Positions 51,968 to 64,000 are shown, counted from the first letter of the stretch. The stretch is DNA of 64,000 nt from an uncultured Phycisphaerales bacterium (GCA_963772725.1 CAVYYI010000005.1:160001-224000); one strand, 5' to 3'. Notes: generated by a model not told the origin, from the sequence alone. Program-made: numbers and translations.

Positions 51968-52650
51968 ATGGGAATATCAGTTAAAAAAAGTGTTATCTGT
52001 ATAACAGTGACTGTGCTTCTGGTTATGCCGGCAATAGTGCATGCCGTCAATCACGATTCGAACGACCCAAACAAACTGGATTGGAGCAGGTGGGACGCCG
52101 TTATTAAAAATCACAACGACGCCAACGAATTATTGGAAGCCAAATGCCGCGCCGTTTTAACAGTTCTCGCCAACAAAGAATTCGACCATAAACAGAAAGA
52201 GCAGATAGTCGACAAAATCATGACCCCAATTTTTGATTTTCCGCTTATGTCCAAACTCGCGCTGGGAAGAAAAAATTGGCCTAAGCTAAACGAACAACAT
52301 CGCGAAAAATTCACAAACTTATTTGTCGAACGGTTAAAGAATTTTTATCTCGAAAAAATAACCCTCTACAAGGATGAAAAAGTATTATTCAAACCCGCGA
52401 CGCAAAAAAAGAACATTATCCAGATACCTATGGTGCTTGATATCGGATGGCAAAGAGACAGCCATACTATACAAGCTTCACAGGATGGACCAGGCCGGCA
52501 GAAAAACCAGCGAATACTGGAAAATCTACGATGTCGAAATAGAAGGCATCAGCATTCTAATGACATACCAGTCGCAATTCGATGATATTCTTCGCCGCGG
52601 CAGCCTTAATGACCTTATTGATCAGTTGGAAAACGCCGCCCAGCTAATGA
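51968..52650 (+). CDS. MlaC/HpnM-family periplasmic lipid-binding protein (frameshifted; end approximate)
   Basis: FDFPLMSKLALG..W; WKIYDVEIEGIS...YQSQF. Confidence 0.8.
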
Positions 52651-52671
52651 CAATTTGCTCAACGGATAATT

Positions 52672-55200
52672 ATGAAATATCGTTTACTGCCATATTTATT
52701 TTTCGACCGGGTGATTCTCAAAAATCCCGTCGATAGTACTTGTCTGCATGCTGGCAGCGGTCGTTTTTCTCGGGTTCGGGATCAAATATTTCAGGCTGGA
52801 CGCTTCCGCGGAAACTCTGGTTCTGGAGAATGACCAGGACCTCAAGTATGCCCGTCAGATTGATCCCGGTATGGAGGCAGTGACTTTCTTGTTCTGACGT
52901 TCACACCGAAAGACGACATCTTCTCGGACAGAACACTTGGATACACTGGGGCATCTTCGCGACGACCTGAAACAAATCAGCGACGTCGAATCTGTGCTGA
53001 CGATCCTGGATGTGCCTCTGCTGGAAAGCCCGCCGATTCCCCTCAAGGAAATGGGCATCCACGACCCGCACCCTCGAGTCACCCGACGTGGACAAGGCAT
53101 TGGCCAGAAAGGAACTAAAGGAAAGCCCCCTCTACAATGACCTTCTGGTCAGTCCCGACCTGAAAACCACAGCGATACTAATCACATTCCCCAACGATCT
53201 TCACTACGAAAACCTCGTGGAGCGACGAAACGCCTTGCATGAGAAGAGGGCGTCAGGTTCGTTGACGCCTGCTGAGCAGGTCGAGCTAAAGATTGTGGCC
53301 CGTCAGTTCGCTCAGTACCACGACAAGGTTCGTCAGCAGCGTCACGACGACATCATCGCCATCCGCGCAGATAATGGACCACTATCGCCAGGACGGCGCC
53401 TTGTTTCTTGGCGGGATGAGCATGATAGCCGACGACATGATAAGCTTCATCAAAAGCGACCTGCGGGTTTTCGGGACCGCGGTATTCCTGCTGCTGGTGC
53501 TCACTATCGCGAGTTATCTTCCGCAGAACCTACTGGGTCATCCTGCCCACTATTGACCTGTTTGGTTTCCGTAGCTTGCACTGTTGGGATTCCTGGGCTG
53601 GTTCGGCTGGGAAGTAACGGTCATCAGTTCCAACTTCATCTCCCTTCAACTGATCATTACGCTGGCCATGACCATCCACCTGATGGTCGGTACCGGGAGC
53701 TGGCTGCCGAACAACCCCAGGCCTGTCAGCACGAATTGATTCTCAGCACAATCCAGACTATGTGGCGGCCGTGCGTGTATTCGGGCCTGACCACAATGAT
53801 GGGTTTCGCGTCCCTGATATTCTGCAATATCCGGCCGATAATTAATTTCGGCTATATCATGGTCGTTGGTGTGGCAATTTCCATTATTGTGCCGTTCCTG
53901 CTTTTGCCGGCCGTGCTGGTACTTATGCCCAGAGACAAACCCTGGTCAAAACGCAAATCCAGGTGGTCGCTGACCCCTATGCTGGGCCGATTCACAATGG
54001 CCCACGGCACCTTGATTATCGTTGCCAGTGCCGTGTTGTTGTTCGTCAATATCGTTGGGAATACGCAAACTTCAGGTGGAAAACTGTTTTATCAACTACT
54101 TCAAATCGACCACCGAAATACACCAGGGGATGAAGGTCCTGGACCAGCAGCTCGGCGGGACCACGCCTCTCGATGTGGTCATTGACTTTGGACAGACCGC
54201 AGTCCGTCAGAAGCCAACCACCCAATACCGCGGTCAACACCGAGGATGTGTTCGATGAATTCGAGGATATCGAGACCGCCTCGCAGGAAACAAACACAAG
54301 TACTGGTTCACCCCCGATAAGATGGCCCGTATCGCCGCTGTGCATGACTATCTTGACAACCTGCCTGAAGCGGGAAAGGTGCTGTCGGTAGTGACTCTCG
54401 TAAGGATGATAGAGCGTGTCAACGACGCAAGCCCCTCGATAACATGGAACTGGCCTTATTGTTCAATAAGATACCTGATAAACTCAAGCAGATGCTCGTC
54501 AGGCCATACGTGTCAGTTGAGAACAACCAGGTTCGCGTCGCGGTACGTATCAAGGACTCCATCCCCTTCGTTGAACCGCAACGAGCTGCTCAAAAAAATT
54601 CGGACAGACCTGACCGACAAACTCGGCTTCAAGCCGGAGCAGGTACACCTGGCCGGTACGCTGGTCCTGTACAACAACATGCTTCAAAGCCTGTACACAT
54701 CCCAGATAGTAACTATGGGTTTTGCCACACTTGTCCCTAATGGGGACATTCGTCGTATTGTTCCGCTCCCTGCGGATTGCCGTTATCGCCATATTCCCGA
54801 ACATGCTGGCCATAAGCTGCGTCCTGGGCGTCATGGGCTGGCTGCATATTCCGCTGGATATGATGACTATTACCATCGCCGCCATTGGCGTCGGTCTCGG
54901 CCGACGATGACACAATACACTACATCCACCGCTTTAAGCATGAGGTCGAGACCGACGGCAGCTACCTCTCGCCCTGCACCGGTCCCACGACAGCATCGGC
55001 CATGCCATTTACTATACCACCATAACTTTAGTCATCGGGTTTTCCATCCTGTGCCTCTCGAATTTCATCCCAACAATATATTTTGGTCTGTTGACGGTCC
55101 TGGCAATTACCGTGGCCCTGTTGGCTTCGTTAACCCTGCTGCCGCAATTACTGGTACTTGATTAAGCCCTATGGCAAAGAGCCTAAGGCCAAGCATAATG
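52672..55200 (+). CDS. MMPL/RND-family (HpnN-like) transporter (many frameshifts; end approximate)
   Basis: Fragments FRLDASAETL, LGGMSMIADDM, TTMMGFASL, LGGTTPLD, IPLDMMTITIAAI. Confidence 0.78.
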
Positions 55201-55216
55201 AACAGGAGAATGACAA

Positions 55217-55985
55217 ATGAGATACTATTTCCTGATTATGATACGGCTTCTCAGCTTGGCCGGTTGCGCCTCTTCCGCCCGGAAAAATCCAAATTCGCCC
55301 ATTGCATCACCCACCGACGTCAATTCATCAGACGATGCCGACTTCAATGAATTTGAACCAGAGCTCGCCGAAAACCAAGTCGCCATTCCGGACCCCATCG
55401 AATCATGGAACCGGGCGATGTTCGGCTTAATGACAGATTTTATTTCTGGGTCGCAAAGCCAGTTATGCAGACTTATGAAAAAATAGTCCCGCAAACCAGC
55501 TCGCATCTGCGTTCGCAATTTTTTTGGAAATGTCACCACTCCCGTGCGTTTTGTTAATTGTCTTCTTCAGGGTAAAGGCCCACAGGCAAACAGAGAATTG
55601 CGCCGATTCGGTATAAATACCACCGTCGGCGTTCTCGGACTCGGCGACCCCGCACAAGACAAATACCACCTCTCCCCTACCAAAGAAGACCTCGGCCAAA
55701 CTCTCGCCGTACACGGCTTACACGATGGCTTTTATGTTGTCTGGCCCATACTTGGCCCATCAACTTTGAGAGATTCCGCAGGAACCATAGGCGATGCCTT
55801 CCTAAATCCCGTCCATTACGTTAAACCCACCGAAGCTTCCATCGGCATCTACGCATCCGATTTCGTCAACACCGGCTCATTCCACATCGGAGACTACGAG
55901 TCCGTTCAAGTCCGCCTCCGTTGACACCTATATAGCAATCCGCCAGGCATATATCCAATACCGCACCAAACAAATCAAAGAGTAA
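55217..55985 (+). CDS. VacJ/MlaA-family lipoprotein (frameshifted)
   Basis: LAGC lipobox, DPIESWNRAMF, RFGINTTVG, EDLGQTL, GPSTLRD. Confidence 0.85.
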
Positions 55986-56284
55986 CTATATGAATATTTC
56001 TGAACCATTCCGCATCGTTTAGCCGTGGCACCTGCCTGCACTGAACAACTCCCCTGCCCGCAGGTGGCGGAGTAAGATAACTTACGGCGGTGAGCGGCAA
56101 GGATAATAGTTTTCAGTCGTGAGTTCGCCGCAGCGAATCTTCTATTTGGGATTTTGAGTTAGAAAAATCAAGGCGGTTAAACGGTTTAGGTAAAAAAACG
56201 GCATAGACCTTGCTATTTTGGTGTGGTTGTGGTAGATTCTGTGAAAATCAAGCTGAAACGCCATATTAAGGAACAGCATCGGAT

Positions 56285-56806
56285 ATGAAGGTAATTTTGG
56301 ATTCGGGACAAATCGGGCAAATCCTCGAGGATTTGACAAATCGTGTTATTTCTCAGATACCCAAAGGGCAGGATATCGCGGTAATCGGGGTTCGCAGTAG
56401 GGGTGAAATCATCGCGCAGCGGCTGGCAAAACGCCTGTCAAAAAAGCTCAGCAGAAATATTCCCTGTGGAACGCTTGATATTACGCTGTACCGCGACGAC
56501 CTGAATTCGCCGCAAAAGTACGCGCAGCCGCAGGTGCGGGCGACGGAAATCGGCTTCGATATCGACGACAAAATAATAATACTGGTCGATGACGTTTTAT
56601 ACACGGGCAGGTCAACGCGGGCGGCGATGGATGCGCTTATCGACCTTGGCAGGCCGAAAGCAATCCGGCTGGCGGTTCTGGTTGAACGGATCGGCAGGGA
56701 GTTTCCGATACAGGCGGATTATTCAGGAATCAAGGCGGACGTTTCGCCGGAAGAATCCGTGCAGGTTAATCTCGTGGAATCCGATGGAAAAGACGAGGTA
56801 GTATGA
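56285..56806 (+). CDS. pyrR: Pyrimidine regulatory protein / UPRTase PyrR
   Basis: LDITLYRDDL, VDDVLYTGRS, REFPIQADY. Confidence 0.92.
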   Translation: MKVILDSGQIGQILEDLTNRVISQIPKGQDIAVIGVRSRGEIIAQRLAKRLSKKLSRNIPCGTLDITLYRDDLNSPQKYAQPQVRATEIGFDIDDKIIILVDDVLYTGRSTRAAMDALIDLGRPKAIRLAVLVERIGREFPIQADYSGIKADVSPEESVQVNLVESDGKDEVV

Positions 56807-56825
56807 ATCAGCGTATACTAAAGAT

Positions 56826-57778
56826 ATGACACAGCAATTAAATCGAATGGACCCGCAAGCATCTGCTTGGTCTGCGAGAGTTAAGCGCGGAGGAAATCAC
56901 TTATATTCTCGACACCGCCAAAGGCTTCGAGGAGATAAGCACACGCTCGATAAAAAAGGCCCCGCCGTTGCGAGGCAAAGTCGTGGTGAATCTTTTCTTC
57001 GAGGACAGCACGCGGACGCGAAACAGTTTTACGCTGGCGGCCAGCCGGCTCAGCGCCGATGTTATCGAGTTTACCGAAAAGGTCAGTTCCGTCAGCAAGG
57101 GTGAGACGCTGCTCGATACGGCGAAAAATCTCGAGGCGATGGGAATCGATATTGTCGTAATCCGCCATAACGCCGGCGGTGTGCCGCAGCTTGTTGAGTA
57201 AAAATATCAACGCCTGCGTGGTCAATGCCGGCGACGGATTCTGCGAGCATCCGACACAGGGACTGCTGGACGTTTACACAATTCGCAAAATCAAAGGCAG
57301 CCTCGAAGGTCTCAAGATCGCGATAGTCGGTGACATCGCTCATTCCCGCGTTGCCCGCAGCGATATGTGGGCAATGACGAAACTCGGCGCCGAAGTGATA
57401 TTCGTCGGGCCGCCGACCCTGATGCCCCCGGAGGTGAGCAAGCTGCCGGTCAAGGTGAGTTATTCGCTCGATGAGGTGATTGAAAAAGTTGACGTTATAA
57501 ATATGCTGCGGATACAGTTCGAGCGGCAGGGCGGCAATCCCTTCCCCTCGGTGCGGGAGTATTCGCATTATTTCGGCCTGACGGTCGAGCGGATGAAAAG
57601 GCCAAACGCCGACATTATCGTGATGCACCCCGGTCCGATTAACCGCGGCGTGGAAATAGAAAGCGAAGTCGCCGACGGAGCAAACAGCGTTATACTCCAG
57701 CAGGTGAACAAACGGTTTGGCTGTACGAATGGCGGTACTGTTCCTGGTCAACCAGGCCGCGACAAATTAGCGAAGTAA
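56826..57778 (+). CDS. pyrB: Aspartate carbamoyltransferase (frameshifts)
   Basis: FFEDSTRT, SSVSKGE, NAGDG..HPTQ, MHPGP.NRGVE. Confidence 0.9.
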
Positions 57779-57781
57779 ATT

Positions 57782-59063
57782 ATGAATCAAACACTTTTGA
57801 TAAGAAATGGCCGTGTCATAGACCCTGCGAATAACATCGACAGGAAATGCGATATTCTTATTGTTGACGGGAAAATCGCCGAGGTCGGAAGAGTTGAACC
57901 GCTCTGCGGAAACGGTGATTGACGCGACGGGCAAACTGGTAACGCCCGGCCTGATTGATATTCACGTTCATTTTCGTGAGCCGGGAGACGAAGAAGAGGA
58001 AACCATCGCGAGCGGTTCGGCGGCGGCGGTGGCGGCGGGGTTTACATCGGTTGTGTGTATGCCGAACACAACTCCGCCTATCGAGAGTGAAACGGATGTT
58101 GAATATGTTCACCGCAAGGGCAGGCAGGCACGCAAAACTCATGTTTATGTGATGGGGGCGATCACGAAAAAGCGTGAAGGCGTTGAACTTGCGGAGATGG
58201 GTTTTATGGCTGAGGCCGGCGCCGTAGGTTTTACCGACGACGGCAACGGGGTTCAGAATCCGGCGGTAATGCTGAGGGCGATGAAATACGCTTCGATGTT
58301 CAATGTCGTGATTGCACAGCACTGTCAGGACGATAATTTTGTCGGTAACGGCGTGATGAATTCCGGCTACTATTCAACGATTCTCGGGCTGCCGGGAATG
58401 GACGCTCTCGCGGAAGAGGCGATGCTTTGGCGCGATATTCAATTAGTTAAAAAAACAAAGGTTCGCTATCACGCTCAGCATATTTCCACTGCCGGTTCAG
58501 TGGAATTGATACGCGCCGCGAAAAATATGAATCTCCCTGTAAGCTGTGAGGTAACGCCGCACCATCTGCTGTTGACCGAGGAAAGCTGCGCAGAATATGA
58601 TACAAATTATAAGGTCAGTCCCCCGCTGCGAACGGTCAAAGATATCGAGGCGATTAAAGAAGCTATAAAAGAAGGGCTGATTGACGCCCTGGCGACAGAC
58701 CACGCGCCGCATCTGCAGAGCGAAAAAGAGCTGGAGTTTCTGGCCGCACCATTTGGGATAGCCAGTCTCGAATGCGCGTTGGGTCTTTATATCAAGGCGC
58801 TTATCGAACCGGGAATCCTGGATTGGCCGGGCTTAATCAGGATGATGACGGAAAGGCCAGCGAAAATAATCGGAATCGACAAAGGCACGTTAGGCAGGGG
58901 CAAACAGGCCGATGTTACTATTATCGACCCGAATTATGAATATAAAATAGACGTCAATAAATTCATTTCCAAGAGCAGGAATTGTCCCTATCACGGCTGG
59001 CCGGTAAAAGGCAGGGCTGAAAAAACAATCGTCGGCGGCGAAATCAGATACAGCTCCAAATAA
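57782..59063 (+). CDS. pyrC: Dihydroorotase (frameshift near 5' end)
   Basis: DIHVHFREPG, MPNT, EVTPHH, ATDHAPH. Confidence 0.92.
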
Positions 59064-59117
59064 CCGTGATTTCTTAACGCACTCATTTTCGCGCTTAATT
59101 TAGGCAAATTTTAGCGA

Positions 59118-60458
59118 TTATTTCCCAAAATGTTTTTTGATTTGGTTTGCGATTTGAGCGATGCGGATAAGGCAGAAAAGGATGGTTAAACGCAAATCTG
59201 AACCGGCGGCGGCATGGAACTGGGTGATTCTGTCGGCGGCGGCAGTTAAGTTGCCCATCGCGAAATAGACCGTCGCTGAATCCTTTAAGGCCTTTAAATG
59301 GCAGGGGTTAAGACCAACAGCGCGTTCAAAAGATTTTACGGCTTCATCGTACTGGCGGACGGACGTGTTGACCAGGCCGAGATAATAATAAACCTCCGCG
59401 TTTGTCGGGTCGATGTCGGATGCCTTGAGTAAACAGTGTGCCGCGTAGAGCGACTCATTTAATTCGAGAAACATAAGTGCCATTGAAATGAGGATTTCCG
59501 GATTTTCCGGTGAGAGTTCAAGTTCGCTGAGCAGATATGATTTGGCTGCGCCTTTATTGCCGCGCGTCAGGGCAAGCTGTGCGAGCCGGTAACGCGGGCC
59601 GGCCGATTCGCCGCATTGCATCGCGTCGTTAAATAAATTCGAGGCCTGTTCGTAATCGTCCCCGTTAAACGCGATTTCGCCAAGATAAAATAGTGCCGCG
59701 GAGGTGTCGGGCTTTAGTTCGAGGACACGATGGAATTTTTCCTTCGCTGATTCGATGCTGCCGGATTCGAGCTGCAATAATCCGAAATCGAGGATGACCT
59801 CTGTATCGCCTGGATTTGCGCGAAGCTCGATAAGGAAATATTCTTCAGCCTTTGTGAAATCGCCGTCAGACCAGCACGCCTGCGCGATTCGATAATTGAT
59901 TTGCGGATGGGTTGGTTCGAGTTCGGCGGTCTTTTGCCAGCATCTTATCGCTTTTTTGTATTGGCCTCGAATGAAAAGGCTGTTGCCGATATTGTAGTAA
60001 CACAGGGCGCAGTCGGGTTCAATCTGCTGGGCGAGGTAGAACATCTGCTCTGCCAAATCGTGCTGTTCCATTTCAGCATAGGTGATAATCCTGTTGCAAT
60101 AGCAGGGTTCAAAGGCTGGGTCGAGTTTTTCAATCTGCTCGAAAAGAGCGATGCCGCGGTCGTACTGGCCTGTGCGGGTGTAATCGACGGCCAGCGAATT
60201 CATCGTTTCAGGGTCCATGGGATTGAGTTCGAGGGCGGTTTCATATTCGCGGATGGCGTCCTCGAAGCGGTTAAGAGCGTCGAGTGCCAGGGCCTTATTG
60301 AAATGCAAAGCGCTGTTTGAGGGGTTTATGTCGATGGCTTCCTGCAGCTCGATGAGGGCTTGCGGGAGCTTGCCGTTTTCGTAAAGCTCAAAGGCCGCGC
60401 GGGCCTTGCTTTCGGCCTTATCGTAAGAGTCAAAATTTGTATCTTCTTCGAACATCAT
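59118..60458 (-). CDS. Tetratricopeptide repeat protein
   Basis: Successive TPR-like units along the whole length. Confidence 0.8.
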   Translation of the reverse strand: MMFEEDTNFDSYDKAESKARAAFELYENGKLPQALIELQEAIDINPSNSALHFNKALALDALNRFEDAIREYETALELNPMDPETMNSLAVDYTRTGQYDRGIALFEQIEKLDPAFEPCYCNRIITYAEMEQHDLAEQMFYLAQQIEPDCALCYYNIGNSLFIRGQYKKAIRCWQKTAELEPTHPQINYRIAQACWSDGDFTKAEEYFLIELRANPGDTEVILDFGLLQLESGSIESAKEKFHRVLELKPDTSAALFYLGEIAFNGDDYEQASNLFNDAMQCGESAGPRYRLAQLALTRGNKGAAKSYLLSELELSPENPEILISMALMFLELNESLYAAHCLLKASDIDPTNAEVYYYLGLVNTSVRQYDEAVKSFERAVGLNPCHLKALKDSATVYFAMGNLTAAADRITQFHAAAGSDLRLTILFCLIRIAQIANQIKKHFGK

Positions 60459-60765
60459 AAACCATCTTTATTTCAATAGTTAGACTATAACTTTACGAAA
60501 AGTTTATCGCTCGATAAACCATGCGGAATTAGGCGTTTTTGGCGGATTGGGACGTTTTTTTATGTTGAATGAAATTTTGCTGGAAATTTTAAGTGTAACT
60601 TCTTATAATTACGAAAGTTAGCCTGAAGATGGCGAAATGACACCGGAGAAATAATCAGACTATATAACTGTTTTTCTGGAAAAGCAGCGGCGAAAGTCTT
60701 ATAATATCCAAAAATTTTGGATTAAATAAAATTCTCTATTAACCCATTATGGGAGAAGCTTAAAT

Positions 60766-61230
60766 ATGGTAAAGGAAATAAAAGGTCAGATAGCGGCGGG
60801 CAAAGGCAATTACGCGATTGTCGTGAGCAGGTTTAACGAATTTATAACGTCCAAGCTGGTGGCTGGCGCGGTGGATTGTCTTGAGAGGCATGGCGCGAAC
60901 GAAAAGCAGGTAACGGTAATTTGGGTACCGGGCGCGTGCGAGATTACAATGGCCTCCAAGAAACTCGCAAAGAGCGGGAAATTCGCGGCGGTACTTTGTC
61001 TCGGCGCGGTGATTCGAGGACAGACGCAGCATTATGATTATGTCTGTCAGCAGGTTGTAAGGGGTGTAGCCCAGATAAATTATGAATCCGTGGTGCCTGC
61101 GGTTTTTGGTGTGCTGACGTGCGATACGCTTGAGCAGGCTGTTGACAGGGCTGGGACGAAGATGGGTAACGCCGGCGCGGACGCCGCGATGACCGCGATG
61201 GAAATGGCCAGTGTGATGGAACAGATTTAA
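60766..61230 (+). CDS. ribH: 6,7-dimethyl-8-ribityllumazine synthase
   Basis: VVSRFN, VPGA.E, LGAVIRG.T.H, FGVLT. Confidence 0.93.
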   Translation: MVKEIKGQIAAGKGNYAIVVSRFNEFITSKLVAGAVDCLERHGANEKQVTVIWVPGACEITMASKKLAKSGKFAAVLCLGAVIRGQTQHYDYVCQQVVRGVAQINYESVVPAVFGVLTCDTLEQAVDRAGTKMGNAGADAAMTAMEMASVMEQI

Positions 61231-61253
61231 TTGTTCATTGAAAATTTATTATT

Positions 61254-61709
61254 GTGAAATTGGCAGACAATCTCTTGGAAAAAAGTCGGCAGATTGATAA
61301 GAGGACCAGGGCCAGGGCTTTGGCGGTACAATCCCTGTATCAGCTCGAAGTCCAGGGAGCCGGCTTGCTGGAGCAGCTTGGCAGTTTTCTGATTGAAAAC
61401 GAGCAGGAAGAGTCGGTGCGGGAACAGGCGATGGAATGGGTTAAAGGGACATGGGAGAACCTCAAGGAATGCGACGAGATGATAGCGGCATCAATAATCA
61501 GGTGGGACATGTCCAGGCTGTGTCTTGTGGATAAAAGCATATTGAGATTGGCCGTTTATCAGTTGCGGTTCTGTAAGGATGTACCGCCGAAAGTCGCGAT
61601 AAATGAGGCGATTGAGCTTGCCAAAACGTTCAGCACGGCGCAGTCGCCTGGTTTCGTTAACGGTGTGCTGGACGCTGTGATGAAAAAGTTAAAACCAGAG
61701 ATGCAATGA
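61254..61709 (+). CDS. nusB: Transcription antitermination factor NusB
   Basis: VDKSILRL, VAINEAIELAK, FVNGVLD. Confidence 0.93.
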   Translation: MKLADNLLEKSRQIDKRTRARALAVQSLYQLEVQGAGLLEQLGSFLIENEQEESVREQAMEWVKGTWENLKECDEMIAASIIRWDMSRLCLVDKSILRLAVYQLRFCKDVPPKVAINEAIELAKTFSTAQSPGFVNGVLDAVMKKLKPEMQ

Positions 61710-62803
61710 GGATAATAGCGGTATTAAATCAAAAGGGCGGGGTGGGCAAAACCACGACGGTGGTTAATACCGCGGCGGCACTTGCCAATTTGGGGATGAG
61801 AGTTGCGGCGCTTGACCTCGACCCTCAGGCGCATTTGACGATACATCTGGGACTCGACCCTGAAACTATCGAGGCAGGCTCATATAAAGTGCTGACGCAG
61901 TCGGCGGACTTCGAGGGCGAGCTTCGACAGGTCAGGCCGAATCTTTGGCTTTTGCCGGCTAATATAAATCTGGTCGGCGCCGAGAGCGAGCTGGTCAGCG
62001 TGGTGGGGAGAGAAACGATACTTCGCGAGGCGATTAGTCAGGCCAGGGACAAGTTCGATTATATGATTATTGATTGTGCTCCATCGCTGGGGTTGCTGAC
62101 GCTTAATGCGCTTGCCGCCGCTGAGGAGATTTTGATACCGCTTCAGCCGCACTTTCTCGCGCTGCAGGGGTTTGGCAAACTTCTTCAGACAGTTGAGCTT
62201 GTAAATAAGAGAATCAACCCGAACCTCAGGGTCAAGGGTATTTTGCTTTGCATGTTCGACAGCAGGGCGTCGCTGATGAATGAGGTTAAGGCTGATATAG
62301 AGCAGTTTTTAAGCAGCGCCAGAGGCACAAACTGCGCATGGTCTCAGGCGGAGGTGTTGCCGGTTTGCATTCGCAGAAATATAAAACTGGCTGAAGCGCC
62401 GAGTTACGGCAAAACGATTTTCGAGTATGAGCCGGCCTGCAATGGCGCGGAGGATTACCGAAAGGTCGCTGAATTTATCCACAATCAAACGAAGCCTAAA
62501 CCGCCGGAACCACAACCGCAGGTTTCAGCAGAGCCTTTGGAACCACAACAAACGCAGGTTATTACAGAGCCGGTTGAACCTGAGCAACAGCAGGTTTCTA
62601 CAGAAGTGGTAGAAACGCAATCTCAGGCCGCAACGGAGCAGGTGCCGGTGGAACAACCGCAGGTGGTAGAACAACCACAGCAAATTCAGCCGCAGCCCTC
62701 ACGCCGCATAAAAGAATTTACCCCGAATTATCAAAAACCTAAACCACAAGCTGTTCAGCAGCCATTAGGCAACTCAACTCCGCAATCAAACATTAATATA
62801 TAG
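61706..62803 (+). CDS. ParA/Soj-family ATPase with Q/E/P-rich C-terminal tail
   Basis: NQKGGVGKTT, DLDPQ, IDCAPSLG, LAEAPSYG. Confidence 0.9.
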   Translation: MRIIAVLNQKGGVGKTTTVVNTAAALANLGMRVAALDLDPQAHLTIHLGLDPETIEAGSYKVLTQSADFEGELRQVRPNLWLLPANINLVGAESELVSVVGRETILREAISQARDKFDYMIIDCAPSLGLLTLNALAAAEEILIPLQPHFLALQGFGKLLQTVELVNKRINPNLRVKGILLCMFDSRASLMNEVKADIEQFLSSARGTNCAWSQAEVLPVCIRRNIKLAEAPSYGKTIFEYEPACNGAEDYRKVAEFIHNQTKPKPPEPQPQVSAEPLEPQQTQVITEPVEPEQQQVSTEVVETQSQAATEQVPVEQPQVVEQPQQIQPQPSRRIKEFTPNYQKPKPQAVQQPLGNSTPQSNINI

Positions 62804-62827
62804 GCTATACTTATTTTGTTTGCGGGA

Positions 62828-63787
62828 TTATTTTTTAAGGAGGTTGTTAAGCTGCATCCAGTCGTGCAGTAGATTTGGCCAATGTGAGACCGGGCCTTTG
62901 TTTTTACCGAGACCGAATCCGTGTCCGCCATTTTCAAAAATGTGCATTTCCGCGGGGACGCCTGAATTTTTCAGGGCGAGATAAAACCTTACGCTGTTCT
63001 CGGGCGAGACAGTCTTATCGTCATTTGCAAGGATAAGAAATGTTTCGGGGGTTTCAGAGGTTACCTGCTTTTCGTTACTGTATTTCTCGACAAGTTCTTC
63101 GCTTGGATTTTCACCGATGAGATTCTTTTTTGTACCTTTATGTGTAATCGTATCATCCATAGAAATTACCGGATAGAGCAGCACCATAAAGTCTGGACGG
63201 GATGATAATCTTTCGATTGGGTCGTTGGCGTCTAGTCTGCCTTTATCGAAATGCGTTCCCGCCGTCGAAGCCAGATGCCCTCCAGCGGAGGAACCCATCA
63301 CACCGACTTGATTAGGGTCGATGCCCCAGTCTTTCGCGTTGAATCGCACCGTGCGAATCGCGTGCTGCAAATCCATCAGGGGAACCGTGTCGCCGTAAAC
63401 GTGTCCACCGGCAGGTCTGGGCAGCCTGTATTTCAGAACGATGCCAGCGACTCCAAATTCGTTTAGCCGCTTGGCTATTGAATAACCCTCAAGATTCATC
63501 GCAATACCGCCATAACCACCTCCGGGACAAAGCACTATCGCAGTTCCCGTATTCTTGCTTTTTTCAGGCAGGAAAATTGTCAGCGTAGGCCTATGGACAT
63601 CCCGCACCCCATAATTTTTACTCATAGACTCATTATCCGTAACACCCTGCGAGCCAGGCGCAACACCTGGCCACAACTGGATAACATCGCCTCCGAGCGG
63701 CCCCTTTTCAATCTTCTGCTGGTAACATCCAGATACTGTCAAGACCAGCGTTAGAAACGCCGAAACAAAAAATTTATATCTAACCAT
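62828..63787 (-). CDS. Alpha/beta hydrolase (esterase), probable lipoprotein
   Basis: VSGC lipobox, PGGGY, GSSAGG nucleophile elbow, DDKTV, GGHGFG. Confidence 0.85.
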   Translation of the reverse strand: MVRYKFFVSAFLTLVLTVSGCYQQKIEKGPLGGDVIQLWPGVAPGSQGVTDNESMSKNYGVRDVHRPTLTIFLPEKSKNTGTAIVLCPGGGYGGIAMNLEGYSIAKRLNEFGVAGIVLKYRLPRPAGGHVYGDTVPLMDLQHAIRTVRFNAKDWGIDPNQVGVMGSSAGGHLASTAGTHFDKGRLDANDPIERLSSRPDFMVLLYPVISMDDTITHKGTKKNLIGENPSEELVEKYSNEKQVTSETPETFLILANDDKTVSPENSVRFYLALKNSGVPAEMHIFENGGHGFGLGKNKGPVSHWPNLLHDWMQLNNLLKK

Positions 63788-64000
63788 TTTTAAATGTCCT
63801 TTCCTAAAACTTTTATTCTGTTATTTAATCCAAACACATATTAACTGTTTCATCTTTACTTCCTTTGTTTTGATTTCGGGATGTATTCCGCATTCGCGAC
63901 CCTGTCGTTCCAATGGCAAAGCCAGCGGTCAAAAAGCGTTTTTTCGCCTTTTGGCTGCTGGTTGATTTTGAAGACGGAGTATTTTTTCCATTCGTTGATT

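Noticed and set aside
56030..56284. PyrR-binding attenuator upstream of pyrR
   Set aside because: I could not find the conserved PyrR-binding loop or a terminator/antiterminator pair.

Overview
Bacterial chromosomal window from an anaerobe. Gene content and style suggest Planctomycetota (Phycisphaerae-like); this is an inference. In order it holds: a Rex-linked [FeFe]-hydrogenase operon (HydC, HydB fused to a GltD-like domain, HydA, HydG, HydE); three tandem TMTC-like membrane/TPR genes; a KamA-family aminomutase; fucose genes; tRNA-Thr, gltX and a PfkB kinase; a nested IS stack (IS66 and IS630 inside an IS5-family copy); a ~15 kb selenium island; an MlaC/MMPL/MlaA cassette; pyrRBC; and ribH-nusB-parA. 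The main result is in the island (36.0-51.5 kb). Around selD and tRNA-Sec, three ORFs that appear to stop at TGA look like unannotated selenoproteins. Two are exported paralogs with YG-U-GGTC-x-x-SWR and one is a small membrane protein ending CPT-U-VK. In all three, a SECIS-like hairpin has its UGN loop at nt +22 to +24 after the UGA. They flank an operon of DUF3034 barrel, methyltransferase, three HgdAB/double-cubane-type proteins, an ATPase activator and a SelD with a Cys-rich N-terminal domain. Many genes are split by single-base indels, most likely assembly errors. selA and selB are not in the window.
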